DNA of 64,000 nt. Source: Candidatus Nealsonbacteria bacterium. Its GTDB lineage: Bacteria; Patescibacteriota; Minisyncoccia; Minisyncoccales; JAGGXC01. The notes under the pieces were generated by a model, which saw only the letters and a list, made by a program, of their open reading frames with translations, was not told the DNA's origin and ran no database searches. Location: assembly GCA_026396195.1 (NCBI GenBank), contig JAPLXH010000006.1:77784-141783 (forward strand). The letters are read 5' to 3'. The translations under genes and the position numbers were made by a program. Shown here one piece after another: positions 57,238 to 64,000 of the stretch (position 1 is its first letter; each line of letters opens with the position of its first letter).

Positions 57238-58161
57238 TTATTTTCTTTTAAAAACAGTTTTTATTTTATCCTTGTTTATCCAGGCCAGCATTACTAAAAC
57301 CATAACAATAGTTATCCCTCCCAGCTTATAATCAATCGTGCTTAAGCCTTTTGTTTTTTCAACCTCTTTATTTAAAGTTCCTTCGGGAACCACTTTGAAA
57401 TAAACCTTATAAGCATCCAGCGGGACTTCTTCTTTGTAGAGAGTGACGTCTGCCCAATACTCGCCTATTTCCAAATTAATGGGCAAGGTCCCTTGAATCT
57501 GACTTTCCTGGAAAGCCTCGACAAAATCCATGTCAAAAATATCTCCGCTCTTAATTATCTGAGTATGGGCGGTATTGTAAATATCAAAATGAACTTTTGT
57601 CGGCTTGGTCTTAATGTTCCCGGTATTAATCAAAACCATCAAACAAACCAGAGGGTCTCCTTTTTCAAAATCAGGGATACTCAGCCCCTTTAATCTAAAA
57701 TCGGAAAATCCCTCTTCTGAAACGGTCAAGCCGACATCAATTCTTCCGCCTAGAAGATTAGTCACTTGGCCGCCCGTCGATGATCCGGAAGGAATTACCC
57801 TGACTCTGATATAACCCTGATAGTTTCCATAAGCTGCGTCATCAGGAATATTAATAATTACTTTCATCGGAAACTGCTGGACATCTTTTGGCAAAAGAAA
57901 CCTTAATCCTTTTTCAATGGTTATCCACTTCTCAATTTCCGGAGCATCAATGTTTATTTCGGCTATTAAGTCCTCGGTGGGCTGGCCCCTAACCAAATAG
58001 ATAGTTTCTTCAAAATTAGAGCCGGGTCTTAGGTGGTTATTATTTATAAAGGGAGGGCTCACTCCAAAGCCAGCTAGAACCTGACAAGTTCCGCCGAATA
58101 TTCCAATTAAAGAAACAATTAAAATTGGAATAATATATTTTTTCATTTTTTGATTTACCAT
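57238..58161 (-). CDS. secreted two-Ig-like-domain protein with C-terminal TM anchor (reminiscent of DUF916/DUF3324 CscA-type proteins; unverified)
   Basis: Signal peptide; GFGVSPPFINNNHLRPGSNFEETIYLVRG...YGNYQGYIRVRV; C-terminal GGITIVMVLVMLAWINKDK. Confidence 0.55.
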   Translation of the reverse strand: MVNQKMKKYIIPILIVSLIGIFGGTCQVLAGFGVSPPFINNNHLRPGSNFEETIYLVRGQPTEDLIAEINIDAPEIEKWITIEKGLRFLLPKDVQQFPMKVIINIPDDAAYGNYQGYIRVRVIPSGSSTGGQVTNLLGGRIDVGLTVSEEGFSDFRLKGLSIPDFEKGDPLVCLMVLINTGNIKTKPTKVHFDIYNTAHTQIIKSGDIFDMDFVEAFQESQIQGTLPINLEIGEYWADVTLYKEEVPLDAYKVYFKVVPEGTLNKEVEKTKGLSTIDYKLGGITIVMVLVMLAWINKDKIKTVFKRK

Positions 58162-58205
58162 AACAACCTTGCGTTCAATTCTATTGCGACCCTAAGCCTT
58201 ATTTA

Positions 58206-59126
58206 TTATGACGCTGCATAAATAGGGTTGAAAGTATTGGTTCCGTTATAAACACCGGGAAGCGTTGAGGTTGATATGTTTATCACCCAATAAATAATAT
58301 CTGTGCTGTTAGAAGTGGTCACAGTTGGTTTGGGCAAAACAAGGTCAAAAATAGTAGCTCCAATAGTTAAGGCTGTGCCATCTGCGCTCCAATCGCCTAT
58401 TGTACCGGTTGAGTATTTCTGCTGACCTACTGCGATTGAAGCTGTAGCTCCGCCGGTTTGCATATTAACTCCGGACAATTCAGCATTAATATGATAATTG
58501 CCCGTGTTAGTAGCATCGGTGGTTATATTGCTACTGGTAGCGCCCGGATTAACGGTGCCGTATTCCGTACTAGTACCAACGCTCATATAAGAAGCAACGT
58601 TTAATTCTTGACTGGAGGATCCGGTAGTAGCATTGCCCCCGCTGTCTTGAATTGTTATATCCATTTGCCAGGCCTTTGTTGAATAACTGCTGCTGGCGGT
58701 CGAAGGTTCAGCAACAAACCAAACATTAGCTGAACAGGTTAAGGTACAAGAAAGTCCGGCACAACTGCTGGTGGCGCAGGAACTGATATAATAACACCAG
58801 TTAGGATTGGTGCTTCCGCTCCCGCAGGTGGTGGTGTTATTAAGAAATAGAGTAGAGGTTGCTGATGTAACATCTGCGTATCCGTTATTATCAGTGAATG
58901 TAGTTGTTCCGCTGACCGTAACATAAGTGTTTTCATTTATCGTAATGGCGGTGCTGGTATTTAAAATTACTGTTCCTATCGTCGGAGCAGAGTTGCCCAC
59001 CGTCACTGAAGGTTGAGCCGTATCAGCCATTATTTCTTTTAAAACAAGGCCGGCCCCGCAAAGAACCAAAAAACAAATAGCCAGCATGGTCAACCAAGGA
59101 AGAGAGTTTTTAATTTTTTTCGCCAT
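58206..59126 (-). CDS. secreted Thr/Ser-rich two-module protein (module A with 6-Cys cluster + module B beta-sandwich-like), paralog of the 1289-aa protein termini
   Basis: Signal peptide. Module A is aa ~40-178 (SAPTIGTVILN...CGSGSTNPNWCYYISSCATSSCAGLSCTLTCSANVWF). Module B is aa ~179-306 (EYGTVNPG...VGQQKYS...DIIYW...LPGVYNGTNTF). Confidence 0.55.
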   Translation of the reverse strand: MAKKIKNSLPWLTMLAICFLVLCGAGLVLKEIMADTAQPSVTVGNSAPTIGTVILNTSTAITINENTYVTVSGTTTFTDNNGYADVTSATSTLFLNNTTTCGSGSTNPNWCYYISSCATSSCAGLSCTLTCSANVWFVAEPSTASSSYSTKAWQMDITIQDSGGNATTGSSSQELNVASYMSVGTSTEYGTVNPGATSSNITTDATNTGNYHINAELSGVNMQTGGATASIAVGQQKYSTGTIGDWSADGTALTIGATIFDLVLPKPTVTTSNSTDIIYWVINISTSTLPGVYNGTNTFNPIYAAS

Positions 59127-59298
59127 TCTTTTTGTTAATTTAAAACTAAAAAATATTATTTATTTTTTTATTAAAACGCGGTCTTTAATACAATTTTAAT
59201 TTACATATATATCATATCATATTAATTTTTTTAAAAAAAATTTATTGGGGAAAACTTTTTTTGATTTCGAATTTAATTTTTAATTATAGAAATCAATA

Positions 59299-62200
59299 TC
59301 AATCAGCTTTTGCCTCAAAAGTATTCGTTCCTGTATAAAAACCGGCAAATTGACCAAAAGGAATCGCCAATCCCCAGTAAATATCATCTGTGGAAACGGA
59401 AGGATGACTGGTTGTTTTAGGCAAATCCACTTCAACAGCCGTGCTGATTGAAGAAGTCAAATCAGTCCCTGAACCGTAATTTACTCCGGAACTAGTAGAA
59501 TATTCTTGCTGACCGACATCTATAGAATAACTGTTAGTAGCCATATTGGCCCCGTAAAGATAAATATCTATCGCCACGTTGCCGGTATTGGTAAGAGTCG
59601 TAAACTGATTCAAAGTGCCAGTATTTTCTCCCGGATACATGGTTCCGTAATTAGTGCTGTCGGGACCTGTTGAAGTTGATTCTTCGGTTCCAAAACTCAT
59701 AAAAGTAGATGGTGAACTTTGATTGCTGTAAGAATTAGAAATCCAAGCCGCGCTTCTGCCGCTATCACTAATTCTCATTTCGTCAAGAAGTCCATCAAAC
59801 CATTCTTGTGCAGAATTGTGTCTGCCTAAATAAAGAGAAACGCTTGAATTGTGGGTTATAGAATCAGTTTCGGCAAGAGCGTCTATGAGTGAACCATCTA
59901 GATAAACACGCATATATTGTTTGTCATATGATGCAGCAACATAATGCCATGTACTGGTTGAAACAGTAGTATTAAAATCATATTGATTTAATGACCCTGC
60001 ATACATTTGCCAAAGAAAATCGTTTGAATATACCAAAAATGAGTATCCATAATTAGGAGAAGTTACGATTCCCTTATTAAAAATCCTTTCACCCGTACTT
60101 CCGCTTGGAAAAAGCGATTCAGCGCGAAACCATGCTTCCATTGTTATTCCATTTGCCGGACGCAAACTAGACGAATCAGGAATACTTAAATAATCTGAAT
60201 TATCTTTTTCAAGATCAACGCCATATCCAATTTGACCTGATTGGCTGAAGGCACTACCGCTGGCAGCCGTGACGTCATTATTATAATTCGTAGAATCATC
60301 AATCGCGTCATATGATGCGCCGTTCATATGTTGAACCATCATAAAATTACTATCCCAGACACTGGTTGCCTGTTGCTGATTAGAAGCAGTAGCGTTTCCA
60401 TAGTACATATATAAATAAGTATCTGTGGTTGAAGAAAGGTTGGTTTTTACCCAAGCTACCAGTTCACCCGTAGAAGAAGCGTATTTTTCTATCTCATGGG
60501 ATATTTTGGTTGTTCCGTCCGATGAAGTAAATAAAATATCATCACCATCATATTGGGCTTTTGATGATAAATCAGCGCTGGTAGTAGAAACTAAAACTGG
60601 GAAATCGGTTAAATCATTAATTGCTACTTTAGGTATGGTTATTTTCTTGCGATAGAACCAAGAGTCGTACAAAGGAGTTAAAACTGAAATATCCAAGGCC
60701 TGGAGAGTATTCATCTCCACTCCTGAAGTGGCTGAAGCAGAAGCAGCGGAAGCGTCAGTCACTGTCATCTGGGCAATCCAATTTTCAGTAGGGTAAGTAG
60801 AAGAAGCGTCTGTGGGGTCGGCATGAAACCAGACATTATAACTGCAAGTGGCAGTACAATCGTTGCCGGAACAAGAGCTGGTAGCGCAGGCAGAGTTTGA
60901 ATAACAATTATTGTCATTAGCAGAACAACTGCTTCCCGCTCCTGACCTATAAAGTTTCCCTGTTATTGAAGTAATATTTCCGTAACCGTCTGTGTCTGTA
61001 ACCGTAGTGGTTGATTGGATTGTAGCGGTTGCGTTCTCGGTCAAGGTAATATTATTGCCGCCGTTTAAAATCACAGTTCCAATTGTCGGAGCAGCGTTTG
61101 AGGGAGCGGCGACACCTCCGTCAATTTTAACAAAATTAACAGCATAATAACTGGTGCCCGTGCTCACCATAAACTCAGCAAACATGTCATTTTCCGTGCT
61201 GGCATAAGGAAAATAATTGGAAGTCAGCGAGGTTAATACCCTGCTTGTTGTTGAATACAAGGTTTGGGCTGTTGTCCAGCTGGTATAAGGAGAAGCTGAT
61301 GTGCTGTATAATATCCTATATTGGGTGGGACTGCCGGTACTGCTGGCATTTATCCAAAAAGCATAAAGATTCTTGTTCATTCCGTCAATGGAAATGGAAA
61401 CATAATCACTGGTATTTACCGTAGAAGTATTAAAAAGCGTTACAGCCGAGCCCCAAGTTCCTGCGCTGTTATCCCACATTTTATATTTTACAACATCACT
61501 ATTTTCTTGAGCGCTGCTGGCATTATAAAGAAGATGAACATCATAGTTTGTGTCATCATAAATAGCTGAAATATTCCCTGCCCCACTAAGATGTAAATAA
61601 TCAACCGTAGTAGCATTAGTCGTATCCCAAGTAGTCCCGTTATATTTTACTGATTTAATTTCTGAGGCGACAAGGTCTTGGCTGACATTATAAATAGCCA
61701 ACATCGTACTGATACTGCCCCGAGGAACAGTAACCCCGTAATAAAGAAGTCCAATATCATCAACATCACTATCAATTGCTTCCGAGGTCTTCCAAGAACT
61801 GACGCTATTTGTGCTGCTTGATTTGGCCATCATCCAGGAATAACCCAACAGACCAGTGCCGGCAAGCTGATAAGATGCAAAAAGATATCCATTTATTGAC
61901 CTGGCTAAATGAACTTTATCCATCAAACGAATGCCGGAGACAACCGTCACAGCGCTTCCCCAAGAAAAATTAATAGCCGGATAACTGCTTGCGCTTCGGG
62001 CATAAACATAGTAGTTAACTCCTGCATTACCATGATAAAGAATAAAGCAGTAGGTTTTGTCGCAATCAACAGAAAAATCACTGCTGGCGCCGGTTAATCT
62101 GGGCAAACTAATGCTTGCGCTTGTGTTTTGCGTCCATCTTGCGCCTTCCTCGCTCGTAGTTGAATACCAAAACTCCAGAGTAGTGGTAGTCATTAATGTT

Positions 62201-63168
62201 CCTGACCAAAAAGATGCCCAGTATCTGCTCCCGTCATGCCAAGTTTTTCTCTGAAAACTATAAGCAGTAACATTATTAGAAGTACTGGTGTCTACCTGAT
62301 AAATTGGGTCAATACCTAAGGAAGAATGAGGTAAAATAGAAAGATAAAGCTTGGTTAAAAGCAAATTATCGGATTCGCCTTTGGAAAGCCAGATTTCCGG
62401 ATTAAATTTCAGCAAATCAGAAAAATCATAGCTTAAATGCTGGCCCAAGACATCAGAGGAAAAAGAAATCGAACTGCCAGGTTCAGAAGATAAAAGCCGG
62501 GGCCTGTCGGAAACTTTGTATTCTTTGCCTCCCAAAAAAACTGAGTCAGCTCCTATTGAATTGACAAAACTCAGCTGGAAATTTATTTCTTGGTCAGAAT
62601 TGTTTTCTAAAAACATTGCTTGCTTCACTTTTCCCTCTTCTATTTCTTCATAAGCGGTTTTCAGGTTTATTTTGGAAATTCCAAAACTTGTTTCTAACTT
62701 TTTATCAGTATTTTTAATTTCTTTTGTCAGCCTGTAGTCCGGCAAACTTTCATCCGAAAACAACGACTTTATTTTTCCTAAAAAGCTTTTGGGCTGAAAA
62801 AAAATTTCTTTTTTAAACAACGGCTGGTCAATCTCAATCTCCATTTTTAAATCTTTAAAACCTGATTTTAACCGGGAGTATTTTTCCAAAAACTCGTTTT
62901 CAGGAATCCCGGAAATCAAATACTGGTCTACGATATTTACTTCTCCAGAAATCTGTTCTTTGTTGTTTTCTTTTTTGGTTAAAGGAATTTTTTTAAGATT
63001 GGAAGGTTGTTGAATTTCAAGGCGAGACCCCTCTAATTTATATTGGGAAATTATTTTTGTTTCTTCGGCAAAAACAAAATAAAAACCGGCGAAAGCTAAA
63101 AATAAAAATAAAAAAATCCCTCCTGAGATTAATGATTTTTTGCTAAATCTTTTTATAAGAAAACCCAT
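59299..63168 (-). CDS. giant (1289 aa) multidomain surface protein: N-terminal anchor, Asp-box-like propeller region, module A, DUF2341-like + LamG/ConA-like cassette, module B
   Basis: TM helix GGIFLFLFLAFAGFYFVF. Degenerate Asp-box-like strings occur at aa ~300-680 (WDNSAGTWGS, YNGTTWDT, EGARWTQ). Module A is aa 688-830. The DUF2341-like segment is WFYRKKITIP...DFPVLV...YLYMYYGN. The LamG-like segment is ITMEAWFRA...WHYVAASYD...RVYLDGSL...LYLGR...FDGLLDEMRIS. Module B is aa 1165-1289. Confidence 0.65.
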   Translation of the reverse strand: MGFLIKRFSKKSLISGGIFLFLFLAFAGFYFVFAEETKIISQYKLEGSRLEIQQPSNLKKIPLTKKENNKEQISGEVNIVDQYLISGIPENEFLEKYSRLKSGFKDLKMEIEIDQPLFKKEIFFQPKSFLGKIKSLFSDESLPDYRLTKEIKNTDKKLETSFGISKINLKTAYEEIEEGKVKQAMFLENNSDQEINFQLSFVNSIGADSVFLGGKEYKVSDRPRLLSSEPGSSISFSSDVLGQHLSYDFSDLLKFNPEIWLSKGESDNLLLTKLYLSILPHSSLGIDPIYQVDTSTSNNVTAYSFQRKTWHDGSRYWASFWSGTLMTTTTLEFWYSTTSEEGARWTQNTSASISLPRLTGASSDFSVDCDKTYCFILYHGNAGVNYYVYARSASSYPAINFSWGSAVTVVSGIRLMDKVHLARSINGYLFASYQLAGTGLLGYSWMMAKSSSTNSVSSWKTSEAIDSDVDDIGLLYYGVTVPRGSISTMLAIYNVSQDLVASEIKSVKYNGTTWDTTNATTVDYLHLSGAGNISAIYDDTNYDVHLLYNASSAQENSDVVKYKMWDNSAGTWGSAVTLFNTSTVNTSDYVSISIDGMNKNLYAFWINASSTGSPTQYRILYSTSASPYTSWTTAQTLYSTTSRVLTSLTSNYFPYASTENDMFAEFMVSTGTSYYAVNFVKIDGGVAAPSNAAPTIGTVILNGGNNITLTENATATIQSTTTVTDTDGYGNITSITGKLYRSGAGSSCSANDNNCYSNSACATSSCSGNDCTATCSYNVWFHADPTDASSTYPTENWIAQMTVTDASAASASATSGVEMNTLQALDISVLTPLYDSWFYRKKITIPKVAINDLTDFPVLVSTTSADLSSKAQYDGDDILFTSSDGTTKISHEIEKYASSTGELVAWVKTNLSSTTDTYLYMYYGNATASNQQQATSVWDSNFMMVQHMNGASYDAIDDSTNYNNDVTAASGSAFSQSGQIGYGVDLEKDNSDYLSIPDSSSLRPANGITMEAWFRAESLFPSGSTGERIFNKGIVTSPNYGYSFLVYSNDFLWQMYAGSLNQYDFNTTVSTSTWHYVAASYDKQYMRVYLDGSLIDALAETDSITHNSSVSLYLGRHNSAQEWFDGLLDEMRISDSGRSAAWISNSYSNQSSPSTFMSFGTEESTSTGPDSTNYGTMYPGENTGTLNQFTTLTNTGNVAIDIYLYGANMATNSYSIDVGQQEYSTSSGVNYGSGTDLTSSISTAVEVDLPKTTSHPSVSTDDIYWGLAIPFGQFAGFYTGTNTFEAKAD

Positions 63169-63189
63169 AAAAATAATATTTGAAAAAAA

Positions 63190-64000
63190 TTATCCTTCCG
63201 GGTTTTCCGGGATTAGCGGATTTTCCGGAATTAAAGGAATCTGCTCTCCCGGTAAAGGCAAGATTATTTCTGTTGGATTTTCTATATTTTCAGCCGTTGA
63301 AGTAGTTTGAAAAACCTCTTCATTCATTTTTTCTTCAATAATTATATCTTTGGTGCTTGTTTCTTTACTTTCAGTTTGTCCCGGGTTTTCTATAATTGGA
63401 TTCTCTTGGAATGAATCTTCTTTATCGCCCTCTTCTTCGTTTAAAATCCAGTAATCAAATATTAAATCTTTTCCAGCCGGCGATTTTAAAGATATGTTAA
63501 AAGAGGAACCCGGTGTTTTTTCGGAAATCCACCACGAGCTTCCCGGGTCTTCTGAAAAACTGACGAAAATTAAGCTGTTGTCCCTCACTGACTGGTCAAA
63601 AATCATTAAGGAAGTTTCTCCTGATTTAAAAACCACTCTTTCGGTTTTTTTATTGGTATAATCCGTTTCTAAGGGGCCTTGAACCGGGGAGAGCCCTTTG
63701 TCTTCAACAAAAATTTTATAAAGAACGTCAATTTTGAATTTCATGTCGGTTAAAATCGAAGTAAGCGCTTCCAGTTTGGCTGAAATGCCTTCTATTTTTA
63801 CCCTTATTTTATAAATTTCTTCAAAAATCTGGGAAATTTTATCGCTGATAAATGTTACCAGGTTTTTGAGCACGTCAAACAATTTAGAGCTGGCCACCCC
63901 TCCGGTTTCTCCCAAATTTTCTAATTGTTGGTTATCAAAAAGAACCACTAAGTCCGGTTGAATTTTTAATTTTTCTTCTATCAGGCTGAAAATTGTTTTC
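63190..64000 (-). CDS. hypothetical coiled-coil / beta-rich protein with Pro-Glu-Asn C-terminal repeats; the frame stays open to the right edge
   Basis: The track starts it at GTG 63948, but the same frame has no stop up to base 64000 (…KTIFSLIEEKLKIQPDLVVLFDNQQ…). The 5' end may therefore lie outside the window. Confidence 0.5.
   Translation of the reverse strand, partial: KTIFSLIEEKLKIQPDLVVLFDNQQLENLGETGGVASSKLFDVLKNLVTFISDKISQIFEEIYKIRVKIEGISAKLEALTSILTDMKFKIDVLYKIFVEDKGLSPVQGPLETDYTNKKTERVVFKSGETSLMIFDQSVRDNSLIFVSFSEDPGSSWWISEKTPGSSFNISLKSPAGKDLIFDYWILNEEEGDKEDSFQENPIIENPGQTESKETSTKDIIIEEKMNEEVFQTTSTAENIENPTEIILPLPGEQIPLIPENPLIPENPEG

Overview
AT-rich (roughly one-third GC by eye), gene-dense window, transcribed mostly on the minus strand. 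It looks like a small-genome Patescibacteria/CPR-type bacterium; that assignment is inferred from gene content and protein style, not from a search. The core backbone is rpoB-rpoC, dnaG-rpoD, groES-groEL behind a sigma70-like promoter and a CIRCE-like operator, uvrA, a short uvrC, recA, ftsK, rpsF-ssb-rpsR, trpS, RNase J, def, secG, lemA-htpX, mltG, and tRNA-Ser(GGA) and tRNA-Leu(CAG). The notable items follow. (1) A tRNA gene, best read as tRNA-Asn(GUU), is split in its anticodon loop by a 529-nt group I intron with textbook R/S core elements and an HNH endonuclease ORF. (2) Five co-directional genes upstream of rpoB (55.5-64 kb) encode only secreted or membrane-anchored proteins. They include a 1289-aa protein whose two terminal modules are paralogous to the neighbouring 306-aa protein but are separated by a DUF2341/LamG-like cassette. 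(3) A heavy-metal P-type ATPase with a proline-less SCADD motif in place of CPC is followed by a PLD_N-type membrane protein and an untracked 44-aa ORF with 12 cysteines. (4) A 669-aa type IV pilin-like protein carries two tandem discoidin-like modules. (5) A single TFIIB-cyclin-repeat-like protein is present. (6) A PAS/histidine-kinase pair is split at an ATGA overlap flanked by A8 and A7 runs that are -1 slippery heptamers. (7) Several GC-rich structured intergenic islands occur, including one between ftsK and recA with C-GUAA-G hairpins on the plus strand. Two long ORFs run off the window edges (1-3054 and 63190-64000) and so are missing or truncated in the ORF track. No CRISPR array, rRNA, transposase or prophage was seen. 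All functional calls come from reading motifs in the translations; no database search was run.
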